From IMG/VR virus record IMGVR_UViG_3300037467_001416: a stretch of DNA of 64,000 nt; one strand, given 5' to 3'. The notes below the pieces were generated by a model. The model did not search any database and was not told where the DNA came from. It saw nothing but the letters and a program-made list of their open reading frames with translations. Of the stretch, positions 18,404 through 26,705 are shown one piece after another. The first letter of the stretch is position 1; every line of letters starts with the position of its first letter. The position numbers and the translations under genes were made by a program. Origin of the DNA: an uncultured virus (IMG/VR IMGVR_UViG_3300037467_001416). Taxonomy: Duplodnaviria; Heunggongvirae; Uroviricota; Caudoviricetes.

Positions 18404-18685
18404 ATGCGCGTCACTCGTCACAGCACCGGCCTTCTGGGCCTCGTCGCCGTCGTCGCTCTGTCGGCTGGCTTCCTCATGGGCTCACAGCTCCAGCCCGCTC
18501 CGCTCAACAGCGAGCTCGCCGACGCTCAGGTCGTCGCGCAGGATCGCGACGTGCGTTGGGTTGCCTACGGCTGCGGAGACGACAACGCCACGCTGCTCAC
18601 GCGCGAGATGCCGAACGTCATGGAATGTCGTCAGGTTCGTCGGCTCAGCGAGATCGCAGAGTTCCCCGTTCCTCCTCGGCAGTGA
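18404..18685 (+). CDS. Membrane-anchored hypothetical protein
   Basis: AAGGAG RBS; LLGLVAVVALSAGFLMG hydrophobic helix. Confidence 0.6.
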   Translation: MRVTRHSTGLLGLVAVVALSAGFLMGSQLQPAPLNSELADAQVVAQDRDVRWVAYGCGDDNATLLTREMPNVMECRQVRRLSEIAEFPVPPRQ

Positions 18686-18715
18686 GGTCGCCGGACGTCG
18701 TCGTTTGACGGGATG

Positions 18716-18802
18716 GATCTGATAAGGGATCTGGATCACGATCTGGATCTGGACGAAGATCACGCTACAAACGTAGCGCCGATCAGGATCTTGACGAAGA
18801 TC
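18716..18802. repeat. GATC array (9 sites in 87 bp, mostly 6-bp phased)
   Basis: GATC at 18716, 18728, 18734, 18740, 18746, 18758, 18781, 18787, 18799. Confidence 0.9.
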
Positions 18803-19010
18803 TGGTCGTGTCGCTCCACACTCCTGCTCCAAGGCGTGGTACCTTGGCCTCTGTAACGCCTTGGCGCGTAAAACACTCAGTTTGGCGCAAAAGCGCCTTG
18901 GCGGGCGCGCCTGGCGCAAATGCCATGTTGCCATGTTGCCATGCTGCGCGCATATGTAATGCCGCCGCTGGCAATGCCGCCAAGCGGCCTAACGCAAAGG
19001 CAAACACAAC

Positions 19011-19532
19011 ATGGCACGTAACAACAACAACACCGCCAACACCGCCAACAATGCCGCGCCCGTAAAGGTGGCGCCCATGCTGCGCGCCGCCGCTATTATT
19101 GGGCGCGCGGGCATTGCCGCCGCGCCAGCGGTTGCGGCAAAGCTTGGCAATGCGCCAGCTAGCGCCAAGCGCTACGGCGCGGCTGTTAACAGCCTAACGC
19201 CTAGCTTTGCCAACGCTACCTTTACGCTAACGGCGCTAGGCAAGGCGGCTGTTGGCGTAGCGGGCGGCATTGGGCGCAACGGCCAAGCAACGGCTATGGG
19301 TTTAACAGCCGTTGCGCTTGCCAACGCAGCCAACGGCGGCACTAGCGCAACGGGCGCGGCCATTGTTGCCGCCATACTTGGCAACCCGCAGCTTATGGCC
19401 GCAATGGGCGCAACCAAGGCGCTAGGCGTGCACGTAACGCCTAACAGCGCAACAGCGGCCAAATGGGCGCAAGGTTACGTTAACGGGCTTTGCCGCCCAC
19501 AGCATGGCCTAGCTAGCAAGGCGCTAGCCTAG
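19011..19532 (+). CDS. Basic Ala-rich protein with no Asp/Glu (173 aa)
   Basis: Intact ORF; leader CCTAACGCAAAGG-N10-ATG; TTGCCA-N17-CATATG promoter candidate at 18928-18956; hairpin after the stop. Confidence 0.75.
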   Translation: MARNNNNTANTANNAAPVKVAPMLRAAAIIGRAGIAAAPAVAAKLGNAPASAKRYGAAVNSLTPSFANATFTLTALGKAAVGVAGGIGRNGQATAMGLTAVALANAANGGTSATGAAIVAAILGNPQLMAAMGATKALGVHVTPNSATAAKWAQGYVNGLCRPQHGLASKALA

Positions 19533-19600
19533 CCTAACGGGCGCGGCGGCAATGGTTGCCGCCGCGCCAACCCGCCACCTAACGCAAAGGTAACAAACCT

Positions 19601-19834
19601 ATGTTTACGCCAACCCAAGCCCAACCCGCCGCCATGCCGCGCCAAGCCAGTTACATGCGCGCCGCCCTTTGGCACTATGCGCCCGCGCCCTATGCGCCGC
19701 GCCGCTACGGCCAAGCGCGCAGCATGGCCGCGCAGCTTGCCAATTATAGCCCAAAGCTGCGCGCCGCTTACTTGGCGCGGCAATGGGCGCGCATTGCTAA
19801 CGGCGTTGCGCCGCATTGGCCGCGCGCCCGCTAA
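19601..19834 (+). CDS. Basic aromatic-rich protein with no Asp/Glu (77 aa)
   Basis: Same leader CCTAACGCAAAGG-N10-ATG; followed by a 13-bp hairpin. Confidence 0.65.
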   Translation: MFTPTQAQPAAMPRQASYMRAALWHYAPAPYAPRRYGQARSMAAQLANYSPKLRAAYLARQWARIANGVAPHWPRAR

Positions 19835-19857
19835 ACGCGCGCCAAGCCATGCCAACG

Positions 19858-19894
19858 TGCCGCCCGCTACATGGTAGCGGGCGGCATTGCTTTG
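19858..19894 (+). terminator. Terminator-like hairpin closing the island operon
   Basis: TGCCGCCCGCTAC-ATG-GTAGCGGGCGGCA followed by TTGCTTTG. Confidence 0.6.
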
Positions 19895-20059
19895 CGCCCT
19901 AGCAGGCGTTTGCGGGCGGCTACGGCCAAGGCGCTATGGTACCTTGGCCCCATATACGCCCGCCCACCCACGCGGGCCTCAGTGAGCGCAATCTTAAATT
20001 CTCGACTCGAAAATTCGAAATATATTGTCAGTCTCTTCTCGCCGTGCTACCGCTGTCGG

Positions 20060-20635
20060 ATGCGAATCCTCGTAGCTTGTGAGTTCTCCGGCATAGTTCG
20101 CGACGCCTTCCTCTCCAGAGGCCACGACGCCTGGAGCTGTGACCTGTCACCGACGGAGTCTCCCGGACCCCACATCCAGAACGACGTCCTCAACCATCTC
20201 AACGACTCCTGGGATCTCATGATCGCCCATCCGCCGTGCACCTATCTCTGCTCGGCCGGATACCATCGTCGTCTCAAGGACCCGACCCGCATCGCCAAGA
20301 CCCGCGACGCCATCCAATTCTTCCTCGCCCTCTGGAACGCTCCCATCCAGCGCATCTGCATAGAGAATCCGCCCGGAGTCATACGACGATTCACGAACAT
20401 CCCTCATCATCAGACGATTCATCCCTGGCAGTTCGGCGAGCCCTACGCCAAGACATTCACTCTGCGCCTCAAGAACCTGAACCCTCTCCGTCACACCCGC
20501 TACATCCCTCCACCCTACGTCAATCGCGACGAGCTCGGTCGCGACCCAACCCCAGAATCTATCGACCGCTGGAAGATTCGCTCACGCTTCTTTCCAGGCA
20601 TCGCAGAGGCGATGGCAGATCGTTGGGGATCCTAG
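20060..20635 (+). CDS. Phage-type short DNA (cytosine-5) methyltransferase-like protein
   Basis: MRILVACEFSG (motif I-like), DLMIAHPPC (catalytic PC), CIENP (motif VI), GIAEAMA (motif X-like). Confidence 0.75.
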   Translation: MRILVACEFSGIVRDAFLSRGHDAWSCDLSPTESPGPHIQNDVLNHLNDSWDLMIAHPPCTYLCSAGYHRRLKDPTRIAKTRDAIQFFLALWNAPIQRICIENPPGVIRRFTNIPHHQTIHPWQFGEPYAKTFTLRLKNLNPLRHTRYIPPPYVNRDELGRDPTPESIDRWKIRSRFFPGIAEAMADRWGS

Positions 20636-20722
20636 CACCGCCGCGCAGTAGTCACTTGTCCCTCCGCCCACATCCGTGCTACTCCACCTCCGAACATATA
20701 CACTCGGCAGGAATCCTCCCAC

Positions 20723-22354
20723 GTGCCAGATCCAGCGACCTCCGCCTACGCTCGTACACAGAGGATCGGTACGCCGAGGCCCCACATCCCATACTCGCTC
20801 GCTCTTCCCGGCATTGAGATTCCGGTAAGCGCCGACTACTACAACAAATTCGACATGTGGTCCACCATCCGGGACTGCTACGACGGCGAGGCTACCATCA
20901 AGGCCGGGAGAGAGACCTACCTCCCAAAGCTAGCCGCTCACAAGGCCGACGAGTACGACGTCTATCGTCGGAGAGCCTACTTCTACAACGCCGTGCGGCG
21001 CACCCATCGCGGACTCATGGGCTCGATCTTCCGCAAGCCTGTCGAGATCACTCTCCCAGACGCGATGAAGAGCAAGATCAAGCTCGGGCGCATCACGCAG
21101 GACGCCAAGCCCTTCGCAGAGTTCTGCCGGACCCTCGTTCACGAGGTACTCCTCACAGGACGATTCGGTGTGTTGGCGGACTTCAAGGGTTCCAACTGGC
21201 AGTCGCCGTATCTCGCCGGTTATCTCGCAGAGAACGTCTTCTCGTGGCGCACTCGGGAGTGGCAGGATCGGGAGATCGTCGATCGCGTTGTGTTGCTCGA
21301 GCAGGAGCAGATGACGACGGAGTACGCCTCCGAGACTCAGCTCCTGGTTAGAGTTCTCCGGCTGGACGAGGTGAACGGTAAGCTCGTCTACTCGCAGACG
21401 GAGATTCGCCCCTCGATCACCGACGCTAATCCCGACAAGCCAATGATCAGGCAGGTGCCGATCTCGGTTCGCGGCGGAAGGCAGCTCGACTACATTCCGT
21501 TCGTATTCGTGAACGCGACGAACACGTCCTATCAGATCGGTCCCGCGCCGCTGGAGGACATCGCCACCATCAATATCTCGCACTACCAGAGCACCGCGCA
21601 CCTGGAGCACGGACGATTCTACGCGGGGATGCCGACTTACGTCACCTCCGGTCCTGGAGGAGGTGAGCCGGGTCTTCCCAACGGATTGTCGGATCCGAGT
21701 CCTCTCACGGTTGGTCCGAGCAACGTCTGGGAGCTTGAGGAGAACTCCAAGGCTTGGTTGTTGGAGTTCACAGGTCACGGGCTCACCTTCCTCGAGAATG
21801 CGGTGGACTCCAAGCAGCTTCAGATGCAGTCGCTGGGCGGGCGTCTGATCAGCTCCACGCGTCGCGCAGCAGCGCTCAGCTCCGAGGCGTGGCAGCTCAT
21901 GGAGACGGGCGACGAGGCCACGCTGATGGACGTCGCGCTCACCGCCGACTACGCCATGTCCACCGCTGTCGCGTACATGGGCGACATCATGGGGCTGGTG
22001 CCGGATCTAGAGGATCACGGCGTCCTCGTGGAGTTCAACAAGGAGTTCGTCAGCTCCGAGCTCACAGGTCGCGAGCTGAGAGCACTCCAGGCTCTGCGCG
22101 AGCGTGGTCACATCCCCGAGGACGTGATGTACTACGCGCTTCGCGAGGTCGGCGTCATCCCGATCGAGTACACGCTCGAGGACTTCAAGAAGCTCATGGG
22201 ACAGAAGGATCAGCAGTACGAGCCTCCCGCCGCGCCAGCCTCGGGAGGTCTGGACACCGGTCCCGCCGGAAGTCAGCCGGGAGTGAGGCCGCAGCCGAAG
22301 CCGTCGCCCGCCAACGCGCCACCGACTCCACGCAACGCTCCGCCGGAGGGATGA
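20723..22354 (+). CDS. Portal protein (DUF4055-like)
   Basis: 543 aa; YLPK...Y..RAYFYNAVRRT..GLMGSIFRKP, GRFGVLADF, IPFVF, PLEDIATINISHYQSTA motifs; first gene of the head module. Confidence 0.85.
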   Translation: MPDPATSAYARTQRIGTPRPHIPYSLALPGIEIPVSADYYNKFDMWSTIRDCYDGEATIKAGRETYLPKLAAHKADEYDVYRRRAYFYNAVRRTHRGLMGSIFRKPVEITLPDAMKSKIKLGRITQDAKPFAEFCRTLVHEVLLTGRFGVLADFKGSNWQSPYLAGYLAENVFSWRTREWQDREIVDRVVLLEQEQMTTEYASETQLLVRVLRLDEVNGKLVYSQTEIRPSITDANPDKPMIRQVPISVRGGRQLDYIPFVFVNATNTSYQIGPAPLEDIATINISHYQSTAHLEHGRFYAGMPTYVTSGPGGGEPGLPNGLSDPSPLTVGPSNVWELEENSKAWLLEFTGHGLTFLENAVDSKQLQMQSLGGRLISSTRRAAALSSEAWQLMETGDEATLMDVALTADYAMSTAVAYMGDIMGLVPDLEDHGVLVEFNKEFVSSELTGRELRALQALRERGHIPEDVMYYALREVGVIPIEYTLEDFKKLMGQKDQQYEPPAAPASGGLDTGPAGSQPGVRPQPKPSPANAPPTPRNAPPEG

Positions 22355-22851
22355 TGCTTGCGAACTATGTCACAGACGTTCCGCCCGGTTTCGAGGGTCA
22401 GCCGCTAGTCTATATGATGACGCTGTTCTCGCTACTGATGATCACCCTGCTGACACTGGAGTGGTTCTGGCGCATCGCGTGGGGTGCGTACGAGAGACCC
22501 TTCGGCATCAAGCATCCCGTCACGGTACTGAGGGTGATTCTTCTGCTCGTGGGGATCAGTGTCCTTCTCAGAGTGGGGCCGGACATCTTCCGCTTCGCGT
22601 TGTGGCGCACACTCTCGCCGCAGGCGAGATTCATGGCCTTCGAGGTAGATCACTGGCTCGACATGTTCTCGTTCATCCCGTGGAGTCTCGCGTGGCTCGC
22701 TGGTTATCTCGGTATGCCGATGATGCACTTCCAGTTAGAGAAGAGACCACCGCCGATTCATCTGTGGCCGACCAAGGAACAGCTCAAGCGCCCTCTCAAG
22801 ATCGGGATGGCGGTTCTTCTAATCGCAGCAGCGATCACGTACTACGGGTGA
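22351..22851 (+). CDS. Multi-pass membrane protein
   Basis: ATGATG start overlapping the portal stop; about 4 hydrophobic helices. Confidence 0.65.
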   Translation: MMLANYVTDVPPGFEGQPLVYMMTLFSLLMITLLTLEWFWRIAWGAYERPFGIKHPVTVLRVILLLVGISVLLRVGPDIFRFALWRTLSPQARFMAFEVDHWLDMFSFIPWSLAWLAGYLGMPMMHFQLEKRPPPIHLWPTKEQLKRPLKIGMAVLLIAAAITYYG

Positions 22852-22856
22852 CCTAG

Positions 22857-23366
22857 ATGGTCACCGCTCGCACCAATCTCGACTATCACGCAGTCGCGGC
22901 TTCCTCAGGAGTAGTCGCGGCCGGACAGGGAGTGCCGAGCGGAATGATCTCTTTATTCGTAGGTCTCCTGGGCGTAGCGCTGGCGAGATGGGTATTCGTA
23001 AACAAGGAATATCGAGCGACGAATCGCCCACAGAAGTGGAACGAAACGCTTCCGCTTACCCTAGTGGCGATGCTCGTCGCAGGCGTCCTCATCTGGGATC
23101 GTAAGTTCAGCGTCAGCACTTCTGCCTTCGTAGGTCTCGGCGTGGGTTGGACCGCGGTCCTTCTGCTCGACGTCCTGGGAGACTGGATTCTCACCAAGGC
23201 GAAGATCATGTTCAGCTCTGGTCCGGCGGATCCGAACTTCCCGAAGAAGGCCGATCTCTCAGGACACGACGGGCGCATCATAGCCGATGACGTGAATCTT
23301 CCGAGCGACATGGTCGACAAGGTCGTACTTCTAGACAAGACTCCGGATCCTGGTGACGATAGCTAG
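22857..23366 (+). CDS. Membrane protein, holin-like
   Basis: Three hydrophobic helices and a charged C-terminal tail. Confidence 0.55.
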   Translation: MVTARTNLDYHAVAASSGVVAAGQGVPSGMISLFVGLLGVALARWVFVNKEYRATNRPQKWNETLPLTLVAMLVAGVLIWDRKFSVSTSAFVGLGVGWTAVLLLDVLGDWILTKAKIMFSSGPADPNFPKKADLSGHDGRIIADDVNLPSDMVDKVVLLDKTPDPGDDS

Positions 23367-23785
23367 TGCGCTCGGTAAGGCTTCCTCTCTCCCACGGACA
23401 GAGGGTCTCGCATCCGGACTGGCCTGGGATGCAGTTCAGGGTTCTCACTCTGACTCTAGACGCTGAGGATGTCTGGACCGCTGGAGTCACTGACGTCGAG
23501 GGTGGAGGACGGTGGTTCTTTCCTGTGAGCGAGCTAGAGCCAATGTTCTACGATCACCAGCGCGCACTGGCCGAGTGGATGGGATATCCCACACTCAGGC
23601 AGATGAACGCTGATCACGACAAGTTTCACGAGTGGTTGGCGGATTGGATGAGCGACTCCTCTAGGTCGCTCGCAGTAGCGCGTGGAGAGAAGCTGTCCGA
23701 GCGTGATTACATGCTGGCCTGTCTCGAGGAGGAGGCTGTGCTGCATCTTCAGCGCTTCGTGGCTCACGTAAACGCGCGCAAATAA
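23366..23785 (+). CDS. Hypothetical protein
   Basis: 139-aa ORF coupled to the upstream stop. Confidence 0.55.
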   Translation: MRSVRLPLSHGQRVSHPDWPGMQFRVLTLTLDAEDVWTAGVTDVEGGGRWFFPVSELEPMFYDHQRALAEWMGYPTLRQMNADHDKFHEWLADWMSDSSRSLAVARGEKLSERDYMLACLEEEAVLHLQRFVAHVNARK

Positions 23786-23790
23786 AGCGC

Positions 23791-23820
23791 TTGTCATGCC
23801 GCGCGTCACCCTGCTATAGA
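23791..23820 (+). promoter_or_regulatory. Sigma70-like promoter for the scaffold gene
   Basis: TTGTCA-N18-TATAGA preceded by GC; similar elements at about 33818, 35383, 47151, 52520. Confidence 0.55.
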
Positions 23821-23885
23821 GAGATCCGTCACGGGCGGGGTTCGTGATCTTGGTCGGCGGGGTCGACCTTGCTAGGAGACTGAAA

Positions 23886-24674
23886 ATGCCTGAACTCATT
23901 TACGAAGCCGCGGATCAAGTTCCGGAGGCGCTCAAATCCATCGCAGTCGAGAAGGACGGCAAGTTCGTCGCGAACGTGGTTCCCAAGAAGGAGCTGGACG
24001 ATTTTCGCGAGAACAATCTCAAGATCAGTCGCGAGCGCGACAACCTCACGAGCATCGTTGGCCGCCTGACAACGGACGTCGGTCTGGACGTCGAGAAGAT
24101 TGACGACTTCGTCAGTCAGTACAGTGAGTTGCGCGACACGCACCAGCAGGTCGCTGACGGTAAGCTCGTTAAGGATACTTCTCTCGCTCAGGCCGTGGAG
24201 GCCAAGACGGGCGAGATGAAGCGCACCTTCGAGGGACAGCTCAACGGCCTCAAGACCGAGAATGTCGCTCTCAAGTCCGACAACGAGACTCTGAAGAAGA
24301 ATCTCAATCGCTCCATCGTCGACCGCGAGGTCATGACGGCCATCAACAACCCGAAGTCGGGCGCTCTGCCGGAGGCCACGACTCACATTCTCCGCGAGGC
24401 GTACGACGTCTTCTCAGTAGAGGACGGAAAGCTCGTCCCGAAGGACAACGACGGAAACGTCGTCTATGGCAGCGACGGTGCTACTCCGATGAAACCGCTG
24501 GAGTGGCTCACGAAGCTCCAGGAATCCTCGCCGTTCTTCTTCAAGCAGGCGCAGGGCGGAGGCGCTGGTGGCGGAAATGGAGGCGCTGGATCTCTCACGC
24601 CGGCTCAGCTCGCCAACATGTCACCGGAGGAGAAGATGAATTTCGGCCGCGAACACGGCATGAACGGTAGGTGA
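23886..24674 (+). CDS. Capsid scaffolding protein
   Basis: Coiled-coil, LDDFRENN, SPFFFK...GGGAGGG tail; AGGAG RBS; upstream of the major capsid gene. Confidence 0.75.
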   Translation: MPELIYEAADQVPEALKSIAVEKDGKFVANVVPKKELDDFRENNLKISRERDNLTSIVGRLTTDVGLDVEKIDDFVSQYSELRDTHQQVADGKLVKDTSLAQAVEAKTGEMKRTFEGQLNGLKTENVALKSDNETLKKNLNRSIVDREVMTAINNPKSGALPEATTHILREAYDVFSVEDGKLVPKDNDGNVVYGSDGATPMKPLEWLTKLQESSPFFFKQAQGGGAGGGNGGAGSLTPAQLANMSPEEKMNFGREHGMNGR

Positions 24675-24725
24675 CGACTGCGGGAGCCGCCTAGCTCCTC
24701 GTCGGGCGGCTCCTCCTAGAAGGCG

Positions 24726-24977
24726 TTGGTCGTGTCCAGTGAGGGGTTCCACATTACAAATCCTCGTGACGGGAACCGTGATCTCCAGATCACGTATCTC
24801 ACCCGAGAGGGCCGACGTAAGAAGCTGAAGACTCTGAGGCCTGGAGAGACGCTCCACTGCGAGAAACGCGAGGTCACTGTGACCGAAGTGCGGCGTCCTC
24901 CACGGCTTCTCCTCCGAGACGGTGAGCTAGTACCGGACACCATGCGCCGAGAGCGCCGTAACCGAGCAGAGCCGTAG
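24726..24977 (+). CDS. Small basic hypothetical protein
   Basis: 83-aa ORF between the scaffold and capsid genes. Confidence 0.35.
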   Translation: MVVSSEGFHITNPRDGNRDLQITYLTREGRRKKLKTLRPGETLHCEKREVTVTEVRRPPRLLLRDGELVPDTMRRERRNRAEP

Positions 24978-25258
24978 TGGGCCGAGTGCTTCCCGCACTC
25001 TACACCCTACTTCTCATAGTGCTGGTCTTGACCCTCTGCAACCGCTCTCAGAACACGCCGCGCCAGCCAGCGCCCCGCCACAGCCAAGGCAGCGCGCCTG
25101 CGCTCAAGCGCGGGTCTGAGGGCTTCCTAGGCTAGTCCCAAAAGTTTTTTGCGGCGGGGGCTTGCCAAGGCCTCAGATCTTTTGTATCGACGTGTGAGTA
25201 GAGCCCTACGGAGCTCCACCTCCGCGGCCGAGCCGCAGCAAAGACGAGGATATTGACC

Positions 25259-26209
25259 ATGCCCATGACTCTCGTGGAGGCCGCGAAGCTCGAGACTCGT
25301 AATCTCGTCCGCGCTGGCGTCATCGAACAGTTTGCTCGCACGTCCGAAATCCTCCGTGTCCTTCCGTTCCAGAACATCCAGGGCAATGCCCTCGCCTACA
25401 ATCGCGAGGAGCAGCTTCCGGGAGTCGCCTTCCGCGGCGTGAACGAGGGGTATCCGGAGAGTGTCGGCGTCATCAACCCGGCGACCGAGACGCTCTACAT
25501 CGCTGGTGGCGATCTGGACGTGGACCGCTTTATCATTCAGACGATGGGCAATCAGGTCCGCTCCACCCACGAGAACATGAAGATCAAGGCGCTGTCGCAA
25601 GCCTGGACCGCCAAGTTCATCAAGGGTGACACCACGCTCCAGCCGCGTGAGTTCGACGGCCTCCAGGTTCGCCTGACGGGCTACAACCTGATGGACGCCG
25701 GTGCGAATGGTCCCGCTGGCTCGAATACCGCTGGCGGCGACGCACTCTCGCTCGAGCTTCTCGACGAGGCGATCGATCGGGTCGCCAACGCGACTCATAT
25801 CCTTATGAGCCGCACTCTCCGGCGCAAGTTCAAGAATGCCCGGAACAACAAGGACATCGCCGGTTCCATCACCCTGGAGAAGGATGACTTCGGTCGCCCG
25901 GTCACGGCTTACGCGGGTCTGCCGCTGCTGACGACCTACGGTGACAATGTCAACCCCGATCCTCTCGCGTTCAACGAAGCGAGTCCGGGCGGCGGCACGA
26001 ACACCAGCACGTCGGTGTACGTCCTCAGCATGGGCGTCGACGGCGTCAGCGGCATCCAGAACGGCGGAATGGATGTTCGTGATCTCGGCGAGTTGCAGGA
26101 GCTCCCGCTCTTCCGCACTCGCGTCGAGTGGTACTCGGGCTTCGGCATCTTCAACGGTTCCGCAGCAGTTCGCGTCCGCGGCATCAAGAACGCGGCGCTC
26201 GTCGCTTAA
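25259..26209 (+). CDS. Major capsid protein (HK97-fold type)
   Basis: MTLVEAAK...ILRVLPF.NIQGNALAYNREEQLPGVAFRGVNEGY...GGDLDVDRFI...EFDGL...RTRVEWYSG; optimal codon use. Confidence 0.9.
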   Translation: MPMTLVEAAKLETRNLVRAGVIEQFARTSEILRVLPFQNIQGNALAYNREEQLPGVAFRGVNEGYPESVGVINPATETLYIAGGDLDVDRFIIQTMGNQVRSTHENMKIKALSQAWTAKFIKGDTTLQPREFDGLQVRLTGYNLMDAGANGPAGSNTAGGDALSLELLDEAIDRVANATHILMSRTLRRKFKNARNNKDIAGSITLEKDDFGRPVTAYAGLPLLTTYGDNVNPDPLAFNEASPGGGTNTSTSVYVLSMGVDGVSGIQNGGMDVRDLGELQELPLFRTRVEWYSGFGIFNGSAAVRVRGIKNAALVA

Positions 26210-26234
26210 CGGGAGGCCGAGAGGAGAACATCAG

Positions 26235-26678
26235 ATGGGTACGAAGCGCAATCAGATGGATGCCACGTTCGACGCGGCTCTTCAGCTCAAGGACGCCGGT
26301 GCTGTCACCTCGACGGGTGCCGGTACCGTCGGCGGCTCACCGCGTGTCGTGAATCTCGGTACGGGCATCGTCAGTGCGGCGCTCGTGGTCGACATCTCGA
26401 CGCTGGACGCCACGACCGGTGACGAAAGCGCCGATCTCCGCCTTCAGGTCTCGTCCGACCCCACCTTCGCCACGGACGTCACGGTCGCGGCTCGCATCGA
26501 GTCGGGTCCTTCGTCCATCGGCGAGGACAGTCAGGGCGTCGGCCGGCGATCGGTCCCGTTCAACAACATCGGCGAGGACGGTGCTGCGAAGGCTTACGCC
26601 CGAATCTACGCAGTTCTCGGCGGTACGACCCCGAGCATCAACTACTCGGCGTTCATCAGCCAGAACCCGCTCCCGTAA
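26235..26678 (+). CDS. Capsid decoration/cement-like protein
   Basis: GAGGAG RBS; beta-rich, KAYARIYAVLGGTTPSINYSAFI C-terminus; directly after the capsid gene. Confidence 0.6.
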   Translation: MGTKRNQMDATFDAALQLKDAGAVTSTGAGTVGGSPRVVNLGTGIVSAALVVDISTLDATTGDESADLRLQVSSDPTFATDVTVAARIESGPSSIGEDSQGVGRRSVPFNNIGEDGAAKAYARIYAVLGGTTPSINYSAFISQNPLP

Positions 26679-26705
26679 CGGTCGCGGCGGAAAGGAGTCA
26701 GTGAA

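Larger units (their letters stand above)
18879..19978. other. GA/TC-dinucleotide-free island
   Basis: Line-by-line reading: last TC at 18877-18878 and next at 19979-19980; last GA at 18799-18800 and next at 19984-19985. Confidence 0.92.

Noticed and set aside
18879..19978. Island explained simply as low-complexity Ala-rich coding
   Set aside because: GA/TC is also absent from intergenic DNA, RBSs, synonymous positions and codon junctions, which amino-acid composition cannot explain
18879..19978. 7-deazaguanine (GA-motif) modification as the cause of the island
   Set aside because: No dpdA, folE or queCDE-like genes recognised in this window; cannot be excluded for the rest of the genome
19871..20059. 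N-terminal extension of the methyltransferase ORF into the island
   Set aside because: The ATG at 19871 is the loop of a terminator-like hairpin; family-like sequence begins at ATG 20060
20930..25798. Long antisense or alternate-frame ORFs (20930..21778 minus, upstream part of 21754..22851, 25127..25798 minus and similar)
   Set aside because: Shadow frames of GC-rich genes with no recognisable motifs
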